Below are positions 1 to 8,300 of a stretch of DNA of 63,936 bases, piece after piece (within the stretch, counting starts at the first letter, position 1; every line of letters starts with the position of its first letter). The notes under the pieces were generated by a model, which saw only the letters and a program-made list of their open reading frames with translations, was not told the DNA's origin and ran no database searches. The position numbers were made by a program, and so were the translations under genes. The DNA comes from an uncultured bacterium (lineage in GTDB: Bacteria > Ratteibacteria > UBA8468 > B48-G9 > DTJG01): the NCBI GenBank assembly GCA_964532995.1, contig CAZHJN010000003.1, positions 1 through 63,936 of the forward strand, in the 5' to 3' direction.

Positions 1-238
1 ATTAAATGATTTCCCTTTATGCAGGGAATGTCATCAAATTGAAAAGGCACATAAAAAGTATTTGAGTATACAACTAAAGAACAGAAACTGATAATAATCA
101 AAATGAAGAAATCAACGAGTTTTCCATCTTTGTAATTCATTGGAATTATGCAGTCAGTTTTCCCTTGACAATTTGTTTAACTTACTGTTAAACAATAATA
201 GCATACATCAAAAAAACAGGATAATAAAAGGAGGAAGT

Positions 239-631
239 ATGAAAAAGAATGGAAGGTGGTCGAAAAAGGGTTTTACCCTGATAGAATTGATGGTTGTTGT
301 GATTATAGTTGGCATTCTTGCTGCTGTGGCTGTGCCGATATACAGAGCAAACATTAAAAAGGCTGCAGCTTCTGAAGGAGCGGCTCTTCTTGGAGCGGTG
401 CTGACCGCACAGAAGGTTTACTATGCAGAAAACAATACTTACACATCAACCAAAGCCAATCTTGGTGTCGAAACAACCGGGAATAAGTATTTCACTGACT
501 ACTCTATAAGTTCGGCAGATGCTAATGGCTTTACAGCAACAACAAGTGGTACTGGAACAGCAGCAGGTGTTACAGTCACAATGACCTATACCAACGCTGC
601 GGGCGCAACAATAAGCTACTCAGGTCTGTAA
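239..631 (+). CDS. Type IV pilin (prepilin-type N-terminal cleavage/methylation domain), copy 1
   Basis: ORF 140-631 trimmed to the ATG at 239, with an AAAGGAGGA Shine-Dalgarno just upstream. MKKNGRWSKKG/FTLIELMVVVIIVGILAAVAVP is a class III signal: short basic leader, Gly-1, Phe+1, Glu+5, then a hydrophobic helix. The mature protein is about 120 aa with no Cys. Confidence 0.85.
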   Translation: MKKNGRWSKKGFTLIELMVVVIIVGILAAVAVPIYRANIKKAAASEGAALLGAVLTAQKVYYAENNTYTSTKANLGVETTGNKYFTDYSISSADANGFTATTSGTGTAAGVTVTMTYTNAAGATISYSGL

Positions 632-684
632 TCATAAAGAATTATTGTGAAGTATTGTCTAAAAATTAAATAAAGGAGGAGAAA

Positions 685-1080
685 ATGCGAAAGAGTAAAA
701 TGGTACTGAGACAAAAAGGTTTTACTCTTGTTGAATTGATGGTTGTTGTAATAATAGTTGGTATTCTTGCATCAGTTGCTGTGCCGATATACAGGGCTAA
801 CATTAAAAAGGCAATGGCATCAGAAGGTGCTGCTCTTCTTGGATCTGTTTTAACTGCTCAAAGAATTTATTTTGCAGAGCATAATACGTATACAACCGAC
901 GGAAATAGTCTTGGCGTTGATACAATAGGTAACAAATATTTCACTAACTATTCCATAAGTTCCGCTGATGCAAATGGTTTTATTGCAAGCACAACAGGGA
1001 CCGGTGGAGCAAGTGGAGTGACTGTCACAATGACCTATACAAATGCTGCAGGCGCAACAATAAGTTACAGCGGATTATGA
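685..1080 (+). CDS. Type IV pilin, copy 2 (tandem paralog)
   Basis: AAAGGAGGAG lies upstream of ATG 685. Leader MRKSKMVLRQKG/FTLVELMVVVIIVGILASVAVP. The N-terminal helix and the last 21 aa (GVTVTMTYTNAAGATISYSGL) match copy 1, and the core is divergent. Confidence 0.85.
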   Translation: MRKSKMVLRQKGFTLVELMVVVIIVGILASVAVPIYRANIKKAMASEGAALLGSVLTAQRIYFAEHNTYTTDGNSLGVDTIGNKYFTNYSISSADANGFIASTTGTGGASGVTVTMTYTNAAGATISYSGL

Positions 1081-1108
1081 TTAATATTTTAGGAATAATA
1101 AGGGGTTT

Positions 1109-2119
1109 ATGAGAATATGTCTGGCTGTAGATATAGGTTCATATTATATTAAGATTGTTGAAGGCAGTATAAAAAAAGAAAAGTTTTATATAAGAACTGC
1201 TGGAATTACAAGAAATCCATTTCCTAACGCTCATATATCCCTGAATGAAAACATTCAAAAAAAGTTTGTCGGTTTTCTGAAAGACTTCCTTAAAAAAATT
1301 GGTGTAAAAAGGCGTGAGACCATTTGCAGTATCAGCGGTGAGGAAGTGATTATCCACTATTTTGATATTCCTGATGTTCCGGAAAATGAAATAAAAAATA
1401 TTGTTGACCTTGAACTGCTTCAGGTTGTTCCGGGCGGTTTAGAAAAGTTTGAGTTCGATTACACAATTCTACCCGCACACACTGCCGGTAAAAAAACTGT
1501 AATGCTTGCAGGTATGACAAAAGCAAAATGTGATTTTTTTGTTGATACGCTTGTAATGGCAGGACTCAAACCCATTATAATGGATGTTGGTAGTATTGCT
1601 CTGGCAAACTGTTTCCTTTCTTTGAACAAACAGAACCAGGGAAATCCCACCCTCTTAATTAATGCTGGCGCAGCGAATACCAGTATAGCAATCCCCGAAA
1701 GAAACGGCTTCATTTTTGTCAGAGAAATTGATTTTGGTGGAAATAGAATAAATCAGGAATTGAGCAAAATGAAAAAAATATCAATGGCAGAAGCCGAGCA
1801 GATTAAAAAGAATCCTGTTTTCAAAAATGAAGTTGAAAACATTCTTCAGTCTCTGACTGAAGAAGCACTGCAGGAAATACTCACGTCATTAAAATACTTT
1901 GAAGCCAGAACCCAGAAAAAAGTTGAAAGATTCCTGCTTACCGGAGGGTCAAGCTTATTGCCGGGATTTGTAAAAATTATAGAAAAATTTCTTGGAATAC
2001 CGGGTGAAATCTGGACTCCGATATCCGGTTTATATGAAAATTGCAGAACCGATGAGCCGGAATGTGTGCAGGTATGTTTTAGCACAGTACTCGGACTTGC
2101 TGCAAGGAAGCTGATATGA
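1109..2119 (+). CDS. pilM: Type IV pilus assembly protein PilM (actin-like ATPase fold)
   Basis: 336 aa. FtsA/actin-like motifs are present (DIGSYYIKIV near the N-terminus, LTGGSSLLPG near the C-terminus). ATGA overlap with the following pilN-like gene, and position within the pilMNOPQ order. Confidence 0.85.
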   Translation: MRICLAVDIGSYYIKIVEGSIKKEKFYIRTAGITRNPFPNAHISLNENIQKKFVGFLKDFLKKIGVKRRETICSISGEEVIIHYFDIPDVPENEIKNIVDLELLQVVPGGLEKFEFDYTILPAHTAGKKTVMLAGMTKAKCDFFVDTLVMAGLKPIIMDVGSIALANCFLSLNKQNQGNPTLLINAGAANTSIAIPERNGFIFVREIDFGGNRINQELSKMKKISMAEAEQIKKNPVFKNEVENILQSLTEEALQEILTSLKYFEARTQKKVERFLLTGGSSLLPGFVKIIEKFLGIPGEIWTPISGLYENCRTDEPECVQVCFSTVLGLAARKLI

Positions 2120-2712
2120 TTGAAATAAATTTACTCAAAAAGAGGCAGGAAAAATTTAATCAGAAGGTCTTCCTTATAAGAATCGTTTCTATATATATTA
2201 TCGGTTTTCTGTGCCTTCTCGTAATACTTGGAATTTCTTACCTTTCTGACAGAATTGCGATAAAAACAACGCTCTTGAGTATCGAAAATTATAAGCAGAA
2301 AATCAAGAACGAAAGCGATATTGTGCGGACACTTGAAAAATACAAAGACGAGATGGATAAGGTTTCAAAATTATTGTTTCTGGCACATGACGAATACAGA
2401 AAAAGGATTATCTGGAGTAAGCGATTTAACGCAATTGTTGTTTCGGTTCCTGAAAATATGTTGCTGAGCAAAATGTTTCTTTCTGAATACACACAGGGCG
2501 AAAAAACGCGGAGAATCTTTACGATTGAGGGTATTGTTATGCATGTAGCTTCAAATGCTATGAAATTGATAACAGAGTTTATGAATAACATCAGAAATAA
2601 TACTTCCTCTGAATTCAGTACAATCTCTCTCGTGGAAATCAGAAAAAGTGATAAAATCGCAAAACAACAGGGCACAATCTTCAGGATTGAATGCGGGTTA
2701 AAAGGAGAATGA
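2116..2712 (+). CDS. pilN: PilN-like pilus assembly protein
   Basis: The N-terminus MIEINLLKK carries the INLL PilM-binding motif, followed by a single TM helix (IVSIYIIGFLCLLVILGISYL) and a periplasmic domain. Gene order supports the call. Confidence 0.75.
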   Translation: MIEINLLKKRQEKFNQKVFLIRIVSIYIIGFLCLLVILGISYLSDRIAIKTTLLSIENYKQKIKNESDIVRTLEKYKDEMDKVSKLLFLAHDEYRKRIIWSKRFNAIVVSVPENMLLSKMFLSEYTQGEKTRRIFTIEGIVMHVASNAMKLITEFMNNIRNNTSSEFSTISLVEIRKSDKIAKQQGTIFRIECGLKGE

Positions 2713-3239
2713 CGAGTAATTATACATCATCTATCAAATTGCATCTTATTATTATGATTGTTCTCTATGGCGGCACATGGTTTATATTAAATAATTTTGT
2801 TATGCAGCAGCAACAGAAAATGTTAAAGGAATACAGAGAAATAAGGGCAAAACTTGAGTATGATTATATGAGATTGAGGGAATCCCCTGAATATGTACAA
2901 ACAATCCAAAAAACCATTAACTATGCGAAGGAAAAAATTAATGGTTTTATCTGGCTCAATTCAGATTATGACCCAAATCTCCTTTTTTTTCAACACATAT
3001 CATCTCTTGCTGAAAAAGCAGGAGTGCAGATCGTAAGCATACAGCCGGTTGATAGAAATAATGAAAAATATTATTTTTGGAATGTTGCATTGAAAGGCAG
3101 TTTCTCAGATATTCTTCATCTGATAAAAAACATAGAATCATCACAAAAGTTCCTCAAGATAGAGTCTGCTGAAATAACAAACGCAGAGGATGGACTGGAA
3201 ATCACCATAAAAATTTCAGGAATTAATAAACTGGAGTAA
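2691..3239 (+). CDS. pilO: PilO-like pilus assembly protein
   Basis: One N-terminal TM helix, a coiled-coil segment (QQQQKMLKEYREIRAKLEYDYMRL) and a C-terminal alpha/beta domain. It sits between pilN and the PilP-like gene. An alternative start is ATG 2709 (ATGA overlap with the pilN stop). Confidence 0.6.
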   Translation: MRVKRRMTSNYTSSIKLHLIIMIVLYGGTWFILNNFVMQQQQKMLKEYREIRAKLEYDYMRLRESPEYVQTIQKTINYAKEKINGFIWLNSDYDPNLLFFQHISSLAEKAGVQIVSIQPVDRNNEKYYFWNVALKGSFSDILHLIKNIESSQKFLKIESAEITNAEDGLEITIKISGINKLE

Positions 3240-3242
3240 AAA

Positions 3243-4304
3243 ATGAAAAAAACAAATAAAAAAACTGTTATATTTCTGTTTGTTCTGTTTTTAATCTTTA
3301 TATTCACACTTGTGAGGGCGTTAAAACCGGTAAAACCAAAAACCATTGTAATCGCGCCAGAAGGGAGTAATCAACAGATAGTCCAGCAATCTGAAGTGTC
3401 ATCAAAGAATAAAGATGAGATATTTGATATTCAACAGATAGATATGTCGATAAACCGCCTACAGACCATAGTTAAAAATATTGAAGAACAGCAAATGCAG
3501 ACAATTGTGATTGAGCCAGGGAAAAATCCCTTCAGATATCCAGAAAAAGGAACCACCGAAAACCACCAAATAAGTACTGGCTCAATCCTCAGACAGGATT
3601 ATGTTTCTGTTCCAGATTTTAAAATTTCCGGTATAGTATACGATAAAGAAAAACCAATGGTTATTATCGATAACGAAGTCAAAGTTGAAAATGAAATTAA
3701 GTCAGGTTATATGATTTATAAAATTCTGGCTGACAGGGTTATTTTGAAGAAAGAAAACAGGGAATTTGTTATTTACGCCAGCTCATCCGGTGCAAACAAT
3801 ATGTTTAACGAAACAAATATATCAGAGACCATGGATATTCCGGTTAAAGAAATTTTAGCCACAGAAAATGAGAAATACCGTACGATTCTGAAAGAATCAG
3901 AAGAATATAAAATTGCAAAGAAAAGTTCAATAAAAGAACCCCAGGCCCGCATTGAATTGAAAAATGAAAAAACAGATAGAGATGAAATAAAATTTTCCTC
4001 TGACTCAGAAAAAAGAATATATAAAATACTTACTGTTCAGGTTGCATCGTTTGGTAAGAACAAAAAACAACAGGCGATAGAATTTGCAAGAATGCTGTCT
4101 TCAGAAGGTTATAAAAATGTGCGGGTTGAAAATATCAATGGTATGTATACAGTACGAACAGGCATGAGTGAGGAAAAAGATGAACTTGTTTTGCTCTGTG
4201 AGAGTTTAAAACAATATTCAGAAACATCGTTTGTAAGAAAAGCCTTCCTGATTCAGGAAAGGATAATTTATCCGCCGATTGAACAATTAACCTTTAACCT
4301 GTGA
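3243..4304 (+). CDS. PilP-like protein fused to a C-terminal SPOR (peptidoglycan-binding) domain
   Basis: N-terminal TM anchor. The NPF motif plus a beta-rich core (ISGIVYDKEKPMVIIDNEVKVENEIKSGYMIYKILADRVILK, about nt 3525-3776) is typical of the PilP/GspC homology region. The C-terminal ~75 aa (YKILTVQVASFGKNKKQQAIEFARMLSSEGYKNVRVENINGMYTVRTG..., about nt 4017-4247) looks like a SPOR repeat. Confidence 0.6.
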   Translation: MKKTNKKTVIFLFVLFLIFIFTLVRALKPVKPKTIVIAPEGSNQQIVQQSEVSSKNKDEIFDIQQIDMSINRLQTIVKNIEEQQMQTIVIEPGKNPFRYPEKGTTENHQISTGSILRQDYVSVPDFKISGIVYDKEKPMVIIDNEVKVENEIKSGYMIYKILADRVILKKENREFVIYASSSGANNMFNETNISETMDIPVKEILATENEKYRTILKESEEYKIAKKSSIKEPQARIELKNEKTDRDEIKFSSDSEKRIYKILTVQVASFGKNKKQQAIEFARMLSSEGYKNVRVENINGMYTVRTGMSEEKDELVLLCESLKQYSETSFVRKAFLIQERIIYPPIEQLTFNL

Positions 4305-4311
4305 GGAAAAA

Positions 4312-6036
4312 ATGAGATACCGATTTATGAAAATCACTATTGTGAGTATACTTATGTTATGTTTCGTCTGTTCTGGTTCACAGAAAATAGATTCCCTGAT
4401 ATTTAATCAGACAAAACTTTCTCTTGTGCTTGAAATATTGAGCAAGAAAACTGGCGTAAAACTTCTGGCAAGTTCAGATATAGCTGATAAACCAATAACA
4501 GCGTATCTGGAAAATATTTCTGCTGAAGAAGCAATTGAAAGCATCCTTGCTGCCAATGGACTGTTCAGGGAAAAATTGCCTGATTCACCTGTGTATATTG
4601 TATATCCGGAACAAAAAAAGCTGATTACCCAGCAAATAACAAGTGCCTGTTTTCAATTGAAACATGCTTTTGCAAATGATCTGGTAAATCAGTTAAAAGG
4701 TATTGGTTTTGATAAAGCTGTTACTGCTGACAGCAGAGCTAACATGATTATTGTCAAAGACATTCCTGCCAACATTGAAATAATAAAATCCATCCTTGAA
4801 AGAATTGATGTGGAACATAAGGAATTACCTGTAAAAACATCTGTTTATCCACTTAAATATGTTCGCGCTGGAGACATATGGCCGGTTGTGTTATCCACCA
4901 TTAAAAAGAATAGAGGAGAAAAAGACACACAATCAATGGCTGTGATCACTATAGACACAAACACAAGAGAATCTGGTGACATTGGAACCGCAAGAGCCGG
5001 AACAGGCAGCACATCAGGTACCACAAGCAGTACAGGAAGCACAGGCACCGGTACAGGCAGTGGCACAACTACCGGAACAACCGGTTCATCTGAGGGATAT
5101 CCTGTCCTGACAGGTTTGAAAAACCGCTCTGTAACCGGTAAGGTTCAAATTGCCGCTGATATGCCGGCTGGTTCTTCAATTATACCTGATGAGAGAACAA
5201 ACAGTTTAATCCTTGTCGGTACTCAGGATTTTCTGCAGGAAGTAAAAGAAATTATTTCATCTCTGGATAAACCTGTACCGCAGGTCTCAATAGAGGCAAT
5301 GATTGTTGAACTTACAGAAGAGGCGAGCAAGAATCTCGGAGTAACATGGGGAGATAGTTCGGGAAGCCTTGGCACTTTTTCAGGCGGGTTTACAACAACC
5401 CTTACCACGGACTCCATCACAGGAATCAGAGGTCATAAAATTGAAGAAAATTTAACCTGGAGCGGGCTTGTCGCAAATATAAAAGCTCTTCAAACAAAAG
5501 GAGAAGCAAACATTCTTGCGAACCCGAGAGTTACAACTCTCAGTGGTACTCCTGCAACAATCCGAATAACAAACAATATTCCTGTTGCTCCTGTTGTCAC
5601 AACAACAAGCACAGGAGGCACCGGTACAACTGTAACCCAGTATGAATACAGGGACATAGGCATTATTCTTGTCACCGTACCTTATGTGGGAGATGATAAC
5701 ACGGTAACAATGGAAGTATCTCCACAGGTTTTTGCCGCAAAACAATCTGCATTTTTCAAAGATGCGGTTGAAACAAGTGAAAGATCAACTCTTACAAGGG
5801 TGATGGTAAAAGACGGAGAAACCATTGTTATCGGCGGTCTTTTGAGTACCGAGGATGCAAAAGGAAACAGCAGGATCCCGGTCCTCGGGAATATATTTCC
5901 TTTTCTGTTCAGCAGTAAAACAAATCAGATGAAGAAAACAGATCTTGTTATTTTCATAACACCACGAATAATCACTGCAGAAATGAGAAAAAAAATTTCT
6001 GAAGAAGAAAAAAAACGTGCTGGAATTAACAGGTGA
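4312..6036 (+). CDS. pilQ: Type IV pilus secretin PilQ
   Basis: 574 aa with a signal peptide and an N-terminal STN/secretin-N-like domain. The C-terminal secretin domain shows GEANILANPRVTTLSGTPATI, VMVKDGETIVIGGL, IPVLGNIFPFLF and DLVIFITPRII. Confidence 0.9.
   Translation: MRYRFMKITIVSILMLCFVCSGSQKIDSLIFNQTKLSLVLEILSKKTGVKLLASSDIADKPITAYLENISAEEAIESILAANGLFREKLPDSPVYIVYPEQKKLITQQITSACFQLKHAFANDLVNQLKGIGFDKAVTADSRANMIIVKDIPANIEIIKSILERIDVEHKELPVKTSVYPLKYVRAGDIWPVVLSTIKKNRGEKDTQSMAVITIDTNTRESGDIGTARAGTGSTSGTTSSTGSTGTGTGSGTTTGTTGSSEGYPVLTGLKNRSVTGKVQIAADMPAGSSIIPDERTNSLILVGTQDFLQEVKEIISSLDKPVPQVSIEAMIVELTEEASKNLGVTWGDSSGSLGTFSGGFTTTLTTDSITGIRGHKIEENLTWSGLVANIKALQTKGEANILANPRVTTLSGTPATIRITNNIPVAPVVTTTSTGGTGTTVTQYEYRDIGIILVTVPYVGDDNTVTMEVSPQVFAAKQSAFFKDAVETSERSTLTRVMVKDGETIVIGGLLSTEDAKGNSRIPVLGNIFPFLFSSKTNQMKKTDLVIFITPRIITAEMRKKISEEEKKRAGINR
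4984..5094 (+). repeat. Thr/Gly/Ser low-complexity coding tract inside pilQ
   Basis: Translates to GTARAGTGSTSGTTSSTGSTGTGTGSGTTTGTTGSSE, built from ACA/ACC/GGC/GGT/AGC-type codons. It also generates the antisense shadow ORF 4845-5066 (PLPVPVPV...). Confidence 0.8.
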
Positions 6037-6039
6037 ACA

Positions 6040-6396
6040 ATGAAGGGGAATTTGTACAAGGGTTTTACGATTATTGAGTTTCTCCTTGCATTTCTTATAA
6101 TCGGTATTGCTTTAATAGGCGGTTCTGCTTTCTATTATGCAAGCAGTAAAACACTTGTTAAAGCTGATATTACAAGGCTTGCAACATGGAAGGCTATCGA
6201 AAAAATGGAAAAAATTAAAGGAATTGATTATCCTTTGATACAGAATGAAATAGAAAACATAACGATTGGCAATGTGCAGGTACAGAGAATAACCAATGTC
6301 ACAGAAAATTTATCACCTCAATGGAAAACAGTAACCGTTCAGGTGGTGTGGGATGGAAAGAATCTGAGTCTTTCAACTGTAATTGCAATGCCATGA
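6040..6396 (+). CDS. Minor pilin / pseudopilin-like protein
   Basis: MKGNLYKG/FTIIEFLLAFLIIGIALIGG has Gly-1, Phe+1, Glu+5 and a hydrophobic helix. 118 aa, starting 4 nt after the pilQ stop. Confidence 0.7.
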   Translation: MKGNLYKGFTIIEFLLAFLIIGIALIGGSAFYYASSKTLVKADITRLATWKAIEKMEKIKGIDYPLIQNEIENITIGNVQVQRITNVTENLSPQWKTVTVQVVWDGKNLSLSTVIAMP

Positions 6397-6866
6397 ATTT
6401 CAAAAAAATGATGAAAAACGAGAAAGGTGTTAACCTTATAGAATTGATGGTTATTCTTGTACTCGGTTCACTCGGAATCTTTGCTGTTAGTACCATCATT
6501 ACAGAATCGTACAGGGAGTGGAAACGAAGTAATGAAGTTGCCGCTCTTCAGGCTGATTTTGACCTTGCATCACATATGATAAAAAGCATACTTGAGGAAG
6601 CAACAAATGTTGAAATATTAAGCAACAGTCATATAAAAGTGGAAAATCAATCAACCAGCTGGATACAAGAATTTTATCAGGATTCCTCGAATCTTATCTG
6701 GGAAAATGCAAAAACTGCTGAGACTCAAACGGTTATTAATTCTTTAAGAACGATTGATTTTGAAGCGGATGAAACAAACAACAATTTGATAAATGTTTAT
6801 CTTGAAGTTGAAAAAGGAACAAAATTGATTTCAGGTTCGTTTTCAGTTTTTATGAGGAATTCATAG
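6393..6866 (+). CDS. Minor pilin / pseudopilin-like protein
   Basis: ORF 6321-6866 trimmed to ATG 6393 (ATGA overlap with the previous stop). MNFKKMMKNEKG/VNLIELMVILVLGSLGIFAV has Gly-1 and Glu+5. Confidence 0.65.
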   Translation: MNFKKMMKNEKGVNLIELMVILVLGSLGIFAVSTIITESYREWKRSNEVAALQADFDLASHMIKSILEEATNVEILSNSHIKVENQSTSWIQEFYQDSSNLIWENAKTAETQTVINSLRTIDFEADETNNNLINVYLEVEKGTKLISGSFSVFMRNS

Positions 6867-8171
6867 ATGAAAAACAAAAAAGGTTATCTTCTGCCAATGG
6901 CAGTAGTTTTCGTTCTTATATCAACCATAATGGGTATGGGAATTTTATATCTCGGTGGAAATGAACAGATATCTGCAATGAAAAGATATCATAGGGAAAA
7001 AGCTTTTTATATCGCGGAAGCTGGATTAAACAGGGCTTTTTCTTTTAAAAAGACAAATGAATCATGGCATCCAGAACCAAACCCGATAAATTTCGACGGG
7101 GGTACTTTTCGGGTTACTGAAACAGTTCAGGGAGACACCATTATATTTACCTCAACCGGTATTTATCATAATCAAACGGCATCTGTTTCGATAGTCACAT
7201 ACAGACAGCCAGGTTCAGGTAGCGGAAGTTCTGGTGGTTCATTCGGAAAAGGTCTATTTGGAAACCAATCAATAACAGTATACAACAATGGGTGGATTGA
7301 TGGCTATGATTCAAGGCTCGGATCATACGGACCATCTAACAGTGGTCCTTATGGAGATACAGGAAGTAAAGGAGCAATCACGCTTTACAATAATTCCCAT
7401 ATATATGGGACCGCAATGGTTGAAGACGGACCATCATATCTGACCCTGGGACATGGTGCTACTGTAACCGATAGTGATTTATATCATGATTTTGGTAATC
7501 CATTTGATAATCTACCGCCGGTTGTGGTGCCTTCAGATTTAGCAACCCTACCCTACCCTGTTCAGGGAGACCCAAGAATTACCGGCATTTATACAATATC
7601 AAACGGAAGATTAACTGTTAACAACAACAGGGTAATTACTGTTTCCGGTGGAGACTTCAGATTCAACAGAATAACATTGAACGATAATGCAATTATGTAT
7701 ATCACAGGAAATAGCCGTTTTTATATTGAATCCGCCATAACCCTTTCCAACAATACCCGGGTTATCATACAGAATAACAGCACAGTAATATGGTATTTCG
7801 GAAACCAGGGTAGAAGTTTTACACCAGTACTTGCAAACAATTCAGTAATAAACAATACATCATCCACACCAGGAAATCTCAGAATTTATATTGCTGCTAA
7901 CACGAATCTTACACTTGCCAATAATGCTCAGACATTTAATGGTGTTATCTATGCTCCAGAATCAAATATAACACTTGCAAACAACAGTCAGTTTTATGGG
8001 GGAATAGTTTCAAAAACCATTACAGTTGTAAACAATGCTTCAGTACATTATGACATTGCACTTAGAGAGATCAGTTTTCCTGAGGATCCCGGTGGAGGTC
8101 AGGGTTCTGAACCAGGCCAGAGGATAATTGTGCGATGGACAAAACCAGGATGGCAGAACCGGTTTCAATAG
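6867..8171 (+). CDS. PilX-N-terminal-domain protein with Asn-rich beta-helix C-terminal domain (putative pilus tip/cap protein)
   Basis: MKNKKG/YLLPMAVVFVLISTIMGMGILYLGG has no Glu+5. It is followed by KAFYIAEAGLNRA (PilX-N / GspK-like helix), a GSGSGSSGGS linker and then repeated rungs (ITLNDNA, ITLSNNT, IIQNNST, LTLANNAQTFNGVIYAPESNITLANNSQFYGGIV). The gene abuts the previous gene. Confidence 0.6.
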   Translation: MKNKKGYLLPMAVVFVLISTIMGMGILYLGGNEQISAMKRYHREKAFYIAEAGLNRAFSFKKTNESWHPEPNPINFDGGTFRVTETVQGDTIIFTSTGIYHNQTASVSIVTYRQPGSGSGSSGGSFGKGLFGNQSITVYNNGWIDGYDSRLGSYGPSNSGPYGDTGSKGAITLYNNSHIYGTAMVEDGPSYLTLGHGATVTDSDLYHDFGNPFDNLPPVVVPSDLATLPYPVQGDPRITGIYTISNGRLTVNNNRVITVSGGDFRFNRITLNDNAIMYITGNSRFYIESAITLSNNTRVIIQNNSTVIWYFGNQGRSFTPVLANNSVINNTSSTPGNLRIYIAANTNLTLANNAQTFNGVIYAPESNITLANNSQFYGGIVSKTITVVNNASVHYDIALREISFPEDPGGGQGSEPGQRIIVRWTKPGWQNRFQ

Positions 8172-8300
8172 AAGCTTAAAATATGTTATCGCTAAAGTCC
8201 TTTCAACACCTTAAAAACCAGATGTTTTTAATGTGAAATTTTTAGAAATATCCCTGGTGGTGTAAAATAATTGTTCTGAGATAAAGAAGGAGATATAAAA

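Noticed and set aside
45-62. GGCAC at 46-50 upstream of the first pilin looked like a sigma54 -24 element. Pilin genes are often RpoN-dependent.
   Set aside because: The expected TGC at about -12 (GG-N10-GC spacing) is missing, because positions 57-58 read AG. It does not meet the consensus.
1-91. Frame-2 ORF entering from the left edge (…LNDFPLCRECHQIEKAHKKYLSIQLKNRN, TGA at 89-91). It may be the 3' end of an upstream + strand gene.
   Set aside because: Only 29 codons are visible and no recognisable motif is present. It cannot be assigned or even confirmed as coding.
165-194. Perfect TTGACA at 165-170 upstream of pilin copy 1, as a possible -35 box.
   Set aside because: The best-placed -10 candidate (TGtTAAACA, 186-194) lacks the invariant final T. 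It is too weak to call a promoter.
4845-5066. Antisense and same-strand shadow ORFs listed in the track. Examples are 1139-1357, 2289-2675, 4845-5066 (PLPVPVPV...), 5452-5745, 8425-8673, 8540-8800, 14099-14431, 26419-26688, 27964-28305, 30812-31210, 33928-34218, 41747-42088 and 60316-60588.
   Set aside because: Each lies entirely inside a longer ORF with clear family motifs. They have low-complexity or odd composition, no Shine-Dalgarno site and no recognisable domains, so they are treated as frame shadows.
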